Notes under the pieces: model-generated
What the model was told of the DNA's origin: nothing
Databases searched by the model: none
The model's input: the letters and a program-made list of their open reading frames with translations, nothing else
DNA from: Chiloscyllium plagiosum
Lineage: Eukaryota
DNA length: 53,717 nt
Direction: 5' to 3'
NCBI RefSeq assembly: GCF_004010195.1
Contig: NC_057753.1
Location: forward strand, 13,627,628 to 13,681,344
Shown: one piece after another, positions 11,240 through 23,870 of the stretch
Position numbering within the stretch: position 1 is the first letter of the stretch
How the letters are laid out: every line of letters begins with the position of its first letter
Position numbers and translations under genes: made by a program

Positions 11240-11915
11240 GTAGGTCTGCAGCAAATGAACAGATGTTTTGGTTCAAGTTGTCCGTGCCAACCAGATATGT
11301 TAGACAGATCTTGTCCCATTTGCCAACATCTGGCTCAGGTCCCTCGAAATATTCCTCTTCATGTACCCATCCAGATGCCTTTTAAATTTTGCAGTTGTAC
11401 CTGTCTCTACTACATCCCCGGTAGGTCATTTTATACAGGCACCCTATGTGTGAAAAAATTGCCCCACAGGTCCCTTTCAAATCTTTTTCCCCCCCTCACC
11501 TTAAGCTTATGTCAGCTAGTTTTGAACTCCCTTACCCTGAGGAAAAAAAGTCCTTGGCTATTCATCCATTGCATGTCACTCATGACCTTATAAACCTCTC
11601 TCAGGTCATTCCTCCACCTCTGACATTCCAAAGAAAAAAGCCTCAGCCGATTCAGCATCTCTATGTTTCAGCTCTCCAATCCCAGCAACAAAATTGTAAA
11701 TCTTTGCTGAATGCTTTCAAGTTTAGAAACATATTTTCTACAGCAAAGAGACCTGAACTGAACGCAGTATTCCAAAGTCGGCCTAACAAATGTCTAACAC
11801 AGCTACAGCATGAGGTCCCAATTCTTACTCAATGCACTGACTGACAAAAGCAAGCATTGCTAATGCTATCTTCACCAATCTGTTTTTCTGCAACACCACT
11901 TTCAATGAACTCTGC
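11240..11915 (-). mobile_element. Degraded CR1 LINE 3' end
   Basis: Similar to the 8047-8972 element (cagatgccttttaaa, cctgaactgaacgcagtattccaaag). Confidence 0.75.
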
Positions 11916-12380
11916 TCTTGTTATTAACCCTTCGGAGGGATTGACGAGTACGGGGAGAAATCAGTAAAAGGCTTGAGTTCTAAATCTATAAAATGCCTAT
12001 CTTTTGTGCGTGCCCCACGTTCCTCTTTGGCTTTTGTTTTCAGTAAACACTGATTGATTCATTTCCCTGAAGATGATCTGGGAACCAGTTCAGTTTTAAT
12101 GATAATGCCTCCGTATCATCTCCACAACTGACCAGGTTCTCTTGCTATCAGTTTCACAACCCTGTGTTTTCTTCTATTTTTTCTAATACATCTGTTTTGC
12201 TTTTGAAAGGTTGATGACAATTGCAGGCTTCAAATGAAACCACATCCAAATCTGGCGGTCACTCTGTTTATCACAACGTAATTATCTCAGGATTTTGAAC
12301 ATCGAAGGAAAAGCACCATTCTCACCGGGGAAGAACACATATTGTCTGTGTGCGGAACAGTCTGTGAAAATTAATCTGAG

Positions 12381-13367
12381 ATGACCAAACATCGACGCAG
12401 TCACACTGGGGAGAGACTGTGGAAATGTGCGGATTGCGGGAAGGGATTTCTTTACCCATCCCAGCTGAAAACTCACCAACGCAGTCACACTGGGGAGAAG
12501 CCATTCACCTGCTCTGATTGTGGGATGGGATTCACTCAGTCATCCAGCCTGCAGGTGCACCAGCGAGTTCACACTGGGGAGAGGCCATTCACCTGCTCAG
12601 TGTGTGGGAAAGCATTCACTCAGTCATCCAGCCTGCGTATGCATCAGCGAATTCACACTGGGGAGAAACCATTCACTTGCTCTGATTGTGGGAAGGGGTT
12701 CATTCTCTCATCCCACCTGCAGATACACCAGCGGGTTCATACTGGAGAGAGACCGTTTACCTGCGCAGTGTGTGGGAAAGCATTTGCTCGGTCATCCAGC
12801 TTGCAGATACACCAACGACTTCACACTGGGGAGAAACCATTCATTTGCTCTGACTGTGGTAAGGGATTCACTTCGTCGTCCAGTCTACTGAAACACCAGC
12901 GAGTTCACACTGGGGAGAAGCCATTCATCTGCTCTGTGTGTGGAAAAGGGTTCAGTCGCTCATCTAATCTGGTGATACACCAGCGAATTCACACTGGGGA
13001 GAAACCATTCCCCTGTTCTGAATGTGGGAAAGCATTCAATTGCTCATCTAATCTGCTGATACACCAAAGAATTCACACTGGGGATAGAAGATTCTCCTGT
13101 TCTGAATGTGGAAAAGCATTCAATTGCTCTTCTAAACTGCTGATACACCAGCGAGTACATACTGGAGAAAAACCATTCATCTGCTTGGATTGTGGGAAAG
13201 CATTTGCTCAGTCAACCATTCTGCTCATACACCAGCGAATTCATGGGAGGGAGAAGCCATTCACCTGCTCCAATTGTGGGAAGGGGTTTACTCAATCATC
13301 CAACCTGCTGAAACACCAGCGAGCTCACACTGGGGATAAACATTCACTCAGTCAACTCACCTGCTGA
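12381..13367 (+). CDS. C2H2 tandem zinc-finger protein, 11 intact fingers, no effector domain visible
   Basis: 328-aa ORF with 11 CxxCGKxFxxxSxLxxHQRxH units joined by TGEKPF-type linkers. Relic fingers flank both ends. The true start is uncertain. Confidence 0.9.
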   Translation: MTKHRRSHTGERLWKCADCGKGFLYPSQLKTHQRSHTGEKPFTCSDCGMGFTQSSSLQVHQRVHTGERPFTCSVCGKAFTQSSSLRMHQRIHTGEKPFTCSDCGKGFILSSHLQIHQRVHTGERPFTCAVCGKAFARSSSLQIHQRLHTGEKPFICSDCGKGFTSSSSLLKHQRVHTGEKPFICSVCGKGFSRSSNLVIHQRIHTGEKPFPCSECGKAFNCSSNLLIHQRIHTGDRRFSCSECGKAFNCSSKLLIHQRVHTGEKPFICLDCGKAFAQSTILLIHQRIHGREKPFTCSNCGKGFTQSSNLLKHQRAHTGDKHSLSQLTC

Positions 13368-13594
13368 TACACCAGCCTATGGAGAGACCATTCACTTGTT
13401 CTGTATGTGGGAAGTGATTTTGAACTGTTAACACTCCAGTAAACTGACTCTAGGTGGATCCCAATCACGTGCTGTGTTTGTGTAAAAGGCTTTGCTGTTT
13501 TCTAACACATTTGCAAGTTCAGAAAGAACTCGCACACTAAGGAATGAACCTTTGTCATTGGCCATTTATATTGACTTTATTAAAGTCTTTAATA

Positions 13595-14095
13595 TAGTCA
13601 TAGAGATGTACAGCATAGAAACAGTCCAACTCATCCATGCTGACCAGCTATCCCAACCCAGTCTAGTCCCACCTTCCAGCACATGCCCCATATCCCTCCA
13701 AACCCTTCCTATTCATATACTCATCCAGATGCCTTTCAAATGTTGCAGTTGTACTAGCCTCCACCACTTCATCTGGCAGCTCATTCCAGCTATCACTTTG
13801 TGTGAGAAAGTTGCCTCTCAGGCATAGACTTAGAGTAAAGTGACGTCTTTTTAAAACTGAGATAAGGAGAAACTTAATCAACCAGATAGTGGTGAATCTG
13901 TGGAATTCATCACCACAGAAGGCTGTGGGGGCCAGGTCAGTGAATATACTTGAGACTGAGATAGATATCTTCTTGAGTATCAAGGGTGGTGGGGAGAAAG
14001 CTGGAGAATGGTGTTGAGAAATGTATTAGCCATGATTGAATGATGGAGTAGACATGATGGGCTGAGTGGCCTAATTTCTGCTCGTATTTCTTATT
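13595..14095. mobile_element. Two CR1 3' tails in opposite orientation
   Basis: Minus-strand tail at 13595-13820 (WNELPDEVVEA), then plus-strand tail at 13820-14095 (gtggtgaatctgtggaattc...ggcctaatttctgctc). Confidence 0.75.
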
Positions 14096-14149
14096 GTGTT
14101 ATTGAACTACATCTTCTGCATCTCTGATAATTTCAGTTCCTATTAACTG

Positions 14150-14325
14150 ATTGCTTTGGTTGATTGCTTCCCTGCTCGCTGAGTTGGAAGGTTCATTTTT
14201 CAGATGTCTTGTCACTATACAAAGTAACATCTTCAGTGAGCCTCAGGCGAAAGAACTGCTGATGATTCCTACTTTGTTTATTTGTTTGGGTTTCTTTGGG
14301 TTGGTGATGTCACTTCCTGTGGTGA
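14150..14325 (-). mobile_element. Penelope-like terminal repeat fragment with a degenerate hammerhead
   Basis: Homologous to 34850-35040. Reverse complement contains ctgaagatgttac...gtgacaagacatc. Confidence 0.65.
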
Positions 14326-14479
14326 TTAGCACTTATTTTTTACTGAACATTATAGTATACACAATATTCTGAGTAGGGACAGGATGTTCGGCCCAAATTC
14401 ACAATACCATTGTGCCAATTGCAATTCAGTCTGGAGAACATATAAATAGAAGTTTGCAAAATCATGAGAATGAATAGAG

Positions 14480-14640
14480 TGATTCATCAAGGCATTTTTC
14501 CCAGGGCCGTGCAGACCAAAACTGGAGGGCACAGATTTAAGGTGGGATGGGGAAGTATTAGAAGGGACCTGAGGGGCAACCTACCCATGTAAATGGTGGT
14601 GTAGGTTTGGAATGAGGTGGTAGTGATGTGTACAGTTACA
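14480..14640 (+). mobile_element. CR1 3' fragment
   Basis: ggagggcacagatttaaggtg...tggaatgag. Confidence 0.6.
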
Positions 14641-15339
14641 GGTGCTGCTCAATGTCCTAACATAAAACACATCCTAGTGGCCAGTAGAACCCACAGGAGG
14701 CTCTGGAGCGTCAAGAAGTGAAAACCCACAGACATTGATAAGTGCATGAGGTCCATTGTTGCGCAATTTCCCATTTCACGGCTACCTCATTCTATGGGCC
14801 TGTTTTGTTAGATATTTCATCTACCTGAGGCTTTAAGTTTAGAGTTACTTCGATTGGACTGGAATTCAGTGACCTGCAGTACGTATTCCAGGAGATGACC
14901 AACACGTTTCAGATATTTAGTTCCACCAACAATGTCTTCATCTATGTGTAGCTCAGAATACGTTTCTAGAGTACCTGAAGAAAGTTCTGTCAACTATTTA
15001 AAAAAAAACGCCTTTTGTAAACTGCTATCACATCTCTGGATGCTCCCTTCCCCCTTGTTCTGTACTGGTGGAGTTTTTGTGAGGATGAGAGCAGGAAAGT
15101 TGTTTCTCATTAAATTCACACACGCCAACGTAGTCACTCTTTAAACCAGACCACTGAGCATTCTAATACATTGGCTTCCCTTCCTAATAAGCAATTCCAC
15201 AGATTCCTAGTTGTCTTAAATACATTTTCTCTCTTCCCTTACACTTCATTTTCCCACAGTTTCGCTTGTTGCAAGCTTAACGCATGTCCCAAATTGCCAA
15301 AGCACACCACCTTCAGTAATTAATCCCCACATGAAAATC

Positions 15340-15565
15340 CTCGTGTCCCCACTCAAAATAAATGGCATTGCGAATTAATGATGACCACAAATCACTTGTC
15401 AGGAAAGGAAAGTCATCTGGTTCACTAATGTCCTTTAGTAAAGGAAGCTCTTCCTCTCACCTGGTTCATTAAAGTCCAAGTGTGGCACCAGACCACAACA
15501 ATGTTTTTGACACATCACTTTAATGGAAGGCAACAATGCCCACTATCACGTGTCAAATAAAAAAA
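15340..15565 (+). mobile_element. Deu-domain SINE fragment
   Basis: catctggttcactaatgtcctttagtaaaggaag...ccagaccacaacaatgt; A-rich tail. Confidence 0.65.
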
Positions 15566-15744
15566 ATCTATTGCTACATTTCTCTATTCACTCAACATAT
15601 CTATCTCGCTCTGCTGGTTTCTAAAAGTATCCTGCATTTGAAAAGGAGAAGTGGGAAATTGAGCTTAAAGGTGCTGCTTGTAGCTGATTTTTGTTAAGTG
15701 ATGGTGTTTCAAATTAAAGTGAGGCTGAGTATACTGATAGGAAG

Positions 15745-16250
15745 AGAACAAGGTTAAAAATCACACAACACCAGGTCATAGTCCAACAGGTTTATTTGAA
15801 AGTACGAGCTTTCAGATAACTGCTCCTTCATTGGGTAGCTGGTGGAGGAGGATCATAGGACACAGGATTTATACGAAAAGATCAGTGTCATGCAATGAAA
15901 ATAATATATTGAAAAAACCTAGATTGCTGTTAAGTCTTTCATCTTTTAGAATGGCTTGCAGGTTTCGGTTCATTAATATGTATATCCCAGAGCTTCTCTT
16001 AAGTCACATTCTTGAGATAACATTTTATTTAAAACAGGTGACATGTCGGCTCGGATGTATTAAAGGTGTGAGGTTAGAGTCTATCTGTATCCCAATCTTG
16101 AGTCAGACTGTTACTATTTCTAAAGTGGGAATTTATAAAATGTTATATGGATTGGCTGCCTATAGGTTGTGTGCTTCTTGTGCAAAAATAGAATGCAAAT
16201 ATAATTCTTCAAATGTAAATTCACCCCATAGACTTATTTGTTTGTGTGTG
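15745..16250 (-). mobile_element. Penelope-like terminal region (another family)
   Basis: aaaatcacacaacaccaggt.atagtccaacag, shared with 4984-5016. Degenerate hammerhead on the reverse strand (atgaaggagcagttatctgaaagct). Confidence 0.65.
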
Positions 16251-16899
16251 TGTATTTGTGTGGGAGAGAGAGAGACTGACTGTCAACATGAGTGTGTGCA
16301 TGTGAATGCATGTTGCACACTTTCCTTTCTTCGTCAACATTACTAATACATTAAGAGGGTGGAGGGAACTTCTGTGGGGAATGTAGATCAGAAAGAACCC
16401 TGCCGTACTGATCTTCATAATCAAAGTATATTGCAATGAAAAGTTGCATAGGAAGAAACGGTCTGCATGGAAACTTTCATATGATGTTCACACCATCAAC
16501 TGTGAAACAATAAATGGATGGTACACAACGACATAGTTATGTCTGAAGACCATAGCTTGCACGATGAAGTCTGCATAGACTTTTATCGAGATTTTCAACT
16601 GAGCAAACCTATGTGTATAACTCTTCTTTTTCTAGTCATTCATTGCCTCTGAGATTCCCTAAATACAGCTCCTACTCCCCTTGTTTCTATGACTCCAACT
16701 CTTACATTCCCATTCTCTCTTTCCTTCTCCCTCATGATGTTTCGGCTTCCCACTCTCGTTTTTCATCATGCTGTGTGGCTATGATGCTTAATACTTCAAG
16801 ATGCCTTTCATGAGTACTTAATTGTTCCTGAAATAATGACCAACGTCTAAACATGCTATAAAGTTTTATGAAACTCAATTTGTATTCTCTCGTGTTCCA

Positions 16900-17200
16900 T
16901 GAAAATAGAAGCGATTTTGTTGATACTTGCAAAGTAATTACGAGGCGTGGTAGTTGGAGGCTGTTTCCACTCCCTGGAGGTTCATGTAGCTGTGGACTTA
17001 ATCTCAGGATGAGTCGGAAGCCAATTTATATAGAGGTTATGAAGAACTTCTTCACTCAGAGAGTAGTGCATCTTTAGAAGTATCTATCTCCGAGGACTTT
17101 GAGGTTTAAATCGATAAAGGTCTTGGGACTAATGACATCAAATTACAAGAAGATGGTGCAGAAAAGTGGCATTGAGGTAAATGAGAGCAGGCTGGATTGT
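16900..17200 (+). mobile_element. Degraded CR1 3' fragment
   Basis: RLFPL...NFFTQRVVHL. Confidence 0.6.
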
Positions 17201-17849
17201 TTTGAATGACATACCCCTCAGATTACTCCAATCAACTCAACATCTTATCATTTCTGACAATTGGAATGTATGCTATTTTTTCTGGGTTTTTTTTTTGCCA
17301 CGGGAAAAGTCTATTTTATTCTCGCCTTATTTTGAATAGGTCTATGAATTTATTTCCCATTTTCTTACCCTCTTTATATCCCTTTGAAATCTGTTTACGT
17401 CTCTTGCTAACTTACTATCCACACTAATAACATTTAAACGTAAAACCTAGATGCAGATATCCTATTCTCTACCAATTGTAATGATTTAAGCGGACCAGGG
17501 AGGCAGTGCAGTACCTGTTTCTTAAGGGTACTTAAGAGCGTTCAACAAATCCTGGCCTTGCTATCTACATTGTAATCACTTTGAAGAAAAACGTAACTGA
17601 TAGGTGAAAGGTATTTCAGTATAATCACAGTCCACTCCGTTTTGATATAAAGGCATTTTTAAGAAAAAAGAATGCTAAATGCATCAAAAAGACTGTGCTT
17701 CCAGATTTAAAAAAAACTTCATTTCAAGCTCTGATGCATAAATATAAAAATATTTATTTATACTCTGATGATTGTATTCCAGTTCTCGAGCTTTTTTTGG
17801 CTGCATACCCCCTCAACTCTTATTCGGGTCAATAGAAAATGACATGAAC

Positions 17850-18115
17850 TACATCCAGAGGGACAGGAGGAACTTCAACCAAAGAACGATAAGGCATATG
17901 AATAGAAACAAATCACTTTCACCAACGAGTCAGTTCCATATGAGATAAGGAGCAAGAAGCATCGACGTTTCGGGCATAAGCCCCTCGTCTGCCAACGGGC
18001 TTATGCCCGAAAAGGTCGATTCTCCTGCTCGCCGGATGCTGCTTGACCTGCTGTGCTTTTCCAGCACCACACTCTCGATTCTGATCTCCAGCATCTGCCG
18101 AACTCACTTTCTCCT
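17850..18115. mobile_element. Short Penelope-derived element with head-to-head hammerhead stems
   Basis: gacgtttcgggcataagccc (17964-17983) is inverted against gggcttatgcccgaaa (17997-18012). The tail matches 38340-38432. Confidence 0.75.
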
Positions 18116-18439
18116 TATGAGACGCCTTCTCATGTTAGTCAACCAGAATGTTCAATACTTCAACTGTAAATGTTTTAAAATATTTGTGCGATAGTAAAAC
18201 AACATAAACTAAAACTCTCATCAGTACGCCAAATCGATTAAATAACCTGGCACTTATAAGCATGAAGTAATTCGGAACGCTGCAGAAATAAGATGAAACA
18301 GTTAAAATAACTGATCCAATAGTTGGTTTTGTTGTGGGACGAATACGAAATTTGCAGTGAACAAATCATTCACATATACAATTAATTGCTTCTCATGTCA
18401 GTTCGAGAAATGGAAGGCAAGAAACAGTGAGTTTTTACG

Positions 18440-19050
18440 GAGCTGTAACTGATCTGCATGCTGCACCTTAATAGTCCGTCTGGTGGTTCTCATTTAAAAT
18501 AACTTAGGAGTGATTGGAATGTGTCACTGAGCTAAAACATGAAGCTTCAGAAATGGCTTTAAAAATATAGGACCAGGCAACGGGCTCTTATTTACCATTT
18601 CCATTCTATTTTCACCTTTATTCGTGCACCGGGTAAGAAATGAATCGTAAGTAAGTTATTTTATTTTTGTGTTGTAAATCTGCATGAATTTAATTTCTTC
18701 CCTTTCATTAGCAGACTAATTTCTTTTCCAGCATTCCACGCTCTCTGATTGTAAGAGATTTCAACACATTTAATACGTATATTGTCATATTATGTGACAT
18801 TAGATGGCATGATGGCAAATTGTAGAGCAATTGTATATTGATGTTAAAATGATATTGTTCATTTATTAATCTGTGCTGGAACACGAATAAAATGTTGATT
18901 GGTTAGATATTTGGCAAAATATCATTACAATATAGTTTGAAAACCCATTCAGCGTGTTCAGTCTTCTTTAGAATAATAACAGTATTATGTTGCATGAATA
19001 TTTAATGTCAGAATGTGATCTTCGAATTTAATTGTGCAGACATTTGAAAC
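18440..19050 (+). pseudogene. Orphan, inverted GPCR paralog remnant (promoter, exon 1 and start of intron)
   Basis: 18570-18636 ggaccaggcaacgggctcttattt...gtgcaccgg|gtaag aligns to GPCR2 exon 1 (ggaccagcaaatgggctgttgttt...gtgcacccg|gtaag). ATG lost and a 1-bp frameshift. 18440-18503 matches the shared promoter block, and ~18980-19030 matches the GPCR2 intron (~44870-44920). No exon 2 seen. Confidence 0.8.
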
Positions 19051-19530
19051 CTGTGAGCGTAGGTGCAAGATATATTAGCAATTGTGCATTTTGGCTTGTC
19101 CTGCTACGTTTTGTAAATGTCTCTCTTAATTTGGAAAATCGATTTTTTTCATCATGAATGAGCTGTTGCTGGCAAGGGGAATATTGGTAGCTTATCTTTA
19201 ATTTTGACTTCAGATTAGTGTTTGCTTGTTTCTTCATCCCTTGAACTGCACTTGGAGATCTGCTTAGAATGTCTGACAAGCAAATTTGATTTCGAAATGC
19301 GTAAGACGACACTCAAAAGGTTGACCAGTTACTTTATTTAAAGGTTTTTGGTGTACTGATGAGAGTTTTAGTTTATGTCTGCTGAATGTTTCCCCCACAG
19401 TTTCTGTGCCCAAAGTCCGTCAAATTCTCAGTTCTTTTCCTCTCTGTGCCTGGGCGTAAATGCCATGCATATCTCCATTTCTGTGAAGCATTTGTGATGT
19501 AAACGTATGTGTGTTTTTAAATATTTGTGC

Positions 19531-22500
19531 AAAGAACAAAGAAAATTAGAGCACAGGAACAGGGCCTTCGGCCCTCCAAGCCTGCGCTGTTCAGATCCGT
19601 TATGTAAACCTGTCACTTATTTCCTAAGGACCTGTATTCCTCTGCTTCCTGCCCGTTCATGCATCTGTCTAGATACATCTTAATAAACGCTATCATCCCC
19701 AACTCTACCACCTCTGCTGGCAACGTGTTCCAGGCATCCATCACCCTTTACATATCTCCTGTAAACTTTTCCCCTCTCATTTTGAACTCGTGACCCCTAG
19801 TAATTGAGTCCTCCACTCTGGGAAGAAAACTTCTTACGATCCACCCCGTCTGTACCTCTCATGATTTTGTCAAACTCCATCGGGTTCCCCCTCAACCTTC
19901 GTCATTCTGATGAAAATAATCCTAATCTGCGCAAACTTTTTTATATAGCTGGCGCCTTCCATGCCAGGTGACATCCGGGTGAACCCACTCTCCACCCTCT
20001 CCAAAGCATCCACATCTTTTCGATAATGTGGCGACCAGAACTGTATGCACTATTCTAAATATGGCCCAACCAAAGAATTTGACAGACTTTGGGCACAGAA
20101 ACTGCGGGGGAAACATTCAGCAGACGTTTCAAAAACCAAAGTCTTATACAACCGTAACATGACCTGCCAACTCTTGTAGTAAATACACTGTCTGATGAAG
20201 GAAAGCATGCCGTAAGCCTTCTTGACCACTCTATTGACCTGCGTTGCCACCTTCAAGGTACAATGGACCTGGACACCCATATCTCTCTGTCCATCAATTT
20301 TCGTCAAGGCCTTTCCATTTACCATATATTTCGCTCTTAAATTGAATCTTCAAGACCTCACATTTTTTCGGATTGAACTCCACCTGCCATTTCTCTGCCC
20401 AACTCTCCAATCTATCTATATTCTGCTGTATTCTCTGATAATGCCCTTCATTATCAGCTACTCCACCAATCTTAATGTCGTCTGCAAACTTGCTAATCAG
20501 ACCACGTATACCTTCCTCCAGATCATTTGCGTTTTTCACAAACATCAGTAGTCCCAGCACAGATCCCTGTGGAACACCACTGGTCACACATCTCCATTTT
20601 GAGAAACTCCCTTCTTGTACTACTCTCTGTCTCCTATTGCCTAACTAGTTTTTTTATCCGTCTAGCTAACACGTCCTGGACCCCATGTGACTTCACTTTC
20701 TCCATCAGCCTACCATGAGAAAACATATCAAACGTTTTAATGAAGACCATGTATATGGCATCTATGGCCCTTCCCTCATCAATCAACTTTCTCACGTCTA
20801 TTCAATTCTATTAAATTGGTAAGACATGACCATCCCTGCACAAAATCATGTTGCCTGTCACCGATAAGTCTATTTTCTTCCAAATGGGAATAAATCCTAT
20901 CCCTCAATAGCTTCTCCAGCAACTTCACTACCACTGACGTCAGGCTCACTGGTCAATAGTTACTTAGATCATACTTGCTACCCTTCTTAAACAAGGGGAC
21001 AACATTAGCAATTCACCAGTCCTCCAGGACCTCACCCGTGTTCAAGGATGCTGCAAATATATCTGTTAAGGCCCCAGAAATTTCCTCTCTCGCTTCCCTC
21101 AGTAATCTGGGATAGATCCCAGCTGGACCTGGGGACTTGTCCACCTTGATGCCTTTTAAAATACCCAACACCTGCTCCCTCCTTATGCTGACTTGACTTA
21201 GAATGATCAAACATCTGTCCCTAACCTCAATATTCATCACGTCCTTCTCTTCGCTGAATAACCAATACAACATACTCATTAAGAATCACACCAATTTTCT
21301 ATGACTCCACGCATAACTTTCGTCCTTTGTCTTTGAGTGGGCCAAACCTTCCTCTAGTTACCCTCTTGTTCCTTACATATGAAAAAAAGGCTTTGAGATT
21401 TGCCTTAAACCTGTTTGCTAAAGATATTTCATGACCCGTTTTAGCCCTCTTGATTCCTCATTTCAGTTTGGTCCTACATTCCCGATATTTGTCCAAAGCT
21501 TCATCTGTCTTCAGTTGCCTAGCCCTTATGCATGCTTCCTTTTTCCTCTTAGCTAGTCTCCAATTTCACCTGTCACCCAGGGTTCCCGAATCTTGCCATT
21601 TCTATCCCTCTTTCACAGACATGTCCGTCCTGAAATCTAATTAATCTCTCTTTAAAAGCCTCCCGCATATCAAACCCCCACATACCTTCAAACAGCTGCT
21701 CCCAATCTACATTCCCCAGCTATTGCCAAGTTTTGGTGTTGTTGGCCTTCCGTCAATTTAGTACTATTCCTTTCGGACCACTCTGGTCATTGTCCAAGAG
21801 TATTCTAAAATTAATGGAATTGTGATCACTATTCCCAAAGTAATCCCCGAAGGAAACATCAAGCACTTGGCTGGGCTCATTCCCCAACACCAGGGCCAGA
21901 GTTGGACTTTTAACTCTTCTCGAAGTCACTCCTGGATGCTCCTTAAAAATTCTGCTCCATCTAGACCTCTAACACTGAATGAATCCCAGGCAATGTTGGG
22001 AGAACTACAATCTACTATCACCACCACTCTGTTGCTCCTACATCTTTCAAGAATCTACTTGCATATTTCTATCTCTATCTCATGCTTGCTGCTTGGAGGC
22101 CTGTAGTATAATCCCAGCATTTTTACTGCATCTTTTCCATTACTGAGCTCTGTTCATATCGCCTTCTGAGTATCATCTTCTTACGCATTTCAAAATCAAA
22201 TTTGCTTGTCAGGCATTCTAAGCAGATCTCCATCAAATGCAGTTCAAGAGATGAAGAAACTGAGGGACAGGATGTACATGTATTTGGAAAGGCAAGGACT
22301 GATTAGGGATAGTCAATATGGATGTGTGTGTGGGAAATCATGTCTCACAAACTTGATTGAGTTTTTTGAAGAAGTAACAAAGAAGATTGATGAGGGCAGA
22401 GCAGTAGATGTGATCTATATGGACTTCAGTAAGGCGTTCGACAAGGTTCCCCATGAGAGACTGATTAGCAAGGTTAGATCTCATGGAATACAGGGAGAAC

Positions 22501-22860
22501 TAGCCATTTGGATACAGAACTGGCTCAAAGGTAGAAGTCAGAGAGTGGTGGTGGAGGGTTGATTTTCAGACTGGAGGTGCTCGTGTCCTCCTTCTGCACA
22601 CTTGTGATATCCTCTCTGGCCAGTAATGCAACTCGTCCACTCCTTTTGCCTCCTTCTCCACCCCGCCTGAAGCAACTATATCCTGGGATATTTAGTTGGC
22701 AATCGTGTCCTCCCTCAACCATGTCTCCGTAATAGCAATACCATCATACCTCCAGGTACCACTTCAAGTCCTGTTCATCTGCCTTACCTACTACACTTCT
22801 TGTGTTAAAACAAATGCACCTCAGTCCCTTTGAGTTCACCATCTGCTCCCTGCCTAATCT
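19531..22860 (-). mobile_element. CR1 LINE ORF2 (endonuclease + RT), degraded, with internal insertions
   Basis: TSGVPQGSVLG, ISKFADDIK, KSPGPAGIYPRLLRE, LNIPGYSCFRR...GRVALL; tail aaagaacaaagaaa at 19531. Confidence 0.9.
22261..22577 (+). mobile_element. CR1 RT fragment embedded in the opposite-strand LINE
   Basis: KSCLTNLIEFFEEVT...VDVIYMDFSKAFDKVPH, homologous to 26094-26447. Confidence 0.85.
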
Positions 22861-23221
22861 TATCTGTAGCAATGCGTGAGTAGGCTGACATTAAATTAAT
22901 ACGTGTGCATGTGGTTGTATGTCTAAGATTTGTGCGTGTGGGTTTAAGTGCTTTGTTATTTGTCAGTTCATTTGAGCTGTCATACTTTCTGCTTTAGTTT
23001 AACAGTTTGTGCGTTCTATACAATGAACACAAACGGCGCTCACTTAAATTTCAACCAAGATTCCTCCTCCTCACCAATGCAGTTATACTTTTTTATTCAT
23101 GCTTCGGACATGTCTTTTGCTGTCTCAGCCAACAATTATTGCTCGTCCATATTTGCCTCTGTATGAGTATCACTAAAGCATATCAAACCTTCGACTGTGT
23201 CTGAAGTAAGGTTATCTCTCT

Positions 23222-23870
23222 ATCCCTCTCTCTGTGTGTGCGCGTGTGTGTGTGCATATATGTGTGTGTGTATGTGTGTGTTTATATTTGTCTATCTCTG
23301 TGTGTGCTTGTGTATTCAGGTCATGATGCTATGCTTTCTTTATGCATAGGCGTCCGATAGTGCTGTGCCAAATTCCACCTACAAAACACATGGAGGACAA
23401 TTCTAAATTGGAGAAAGGCCAATTTTGACGGTATTAGGTGAGAACTTTCGAAAGCTGATTGGGGGCTGATGTTCACAGGTAAAGGGACGGCTGGAAAATG
23501 GGAAGCCTTCAGAAATGTGATAACGAGAGTCCAGAGACAGTATATTCCTGTTAGAATGAAAGGAAAGTCTGGTAGGTACAGGGAATACTGGATGATTAAA
23601 GAAATTGTGGGTTTGGATAAGAAAAAGAAGGAAGCATATGTGAGGTAGAGACAGGATGGATCGAGTGAATCCTTAGAAGAGTATAAAGTCAGTAGGAACA
23701 TACTTAAGAGGGAAATCAGGAGGGCAAAAAGGGGACATGAGATAGATTTGGCGAATAGAATTCAGGAGAATCCAAAGGGTTTTTACAAATACATTAAGGA
23801 CAAAGGGGTAACTAGGGAGAAAATAGGGCCCCTCAAAGATCAGCAAGGCGGCATTTGTGTGGAACCGCAG
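23222..23870 (+). repeat. Copy 1 of a ~650-bp direct duplication (TG-rich microsatellite + unique spacer + CR1 fragment)
   Basis: Near-identical to ~25050-25704, with scattered substitutions. Confidence 0.9.

Noticed and set aside
12520-12891. Alternative-frame and antisense ORFs over the ZNF and GPCR genes
   Set aside because: Shadow ORFs of real coding sequence.
19343-19385. ggtttttgg as a J-segment RSS nonamer, or ctgatga as a hammerhead/snoRNA box
   Set aside because: No heptamer at 12 or 23 bp, no FGxG motif, and no stem II plus GAAA.
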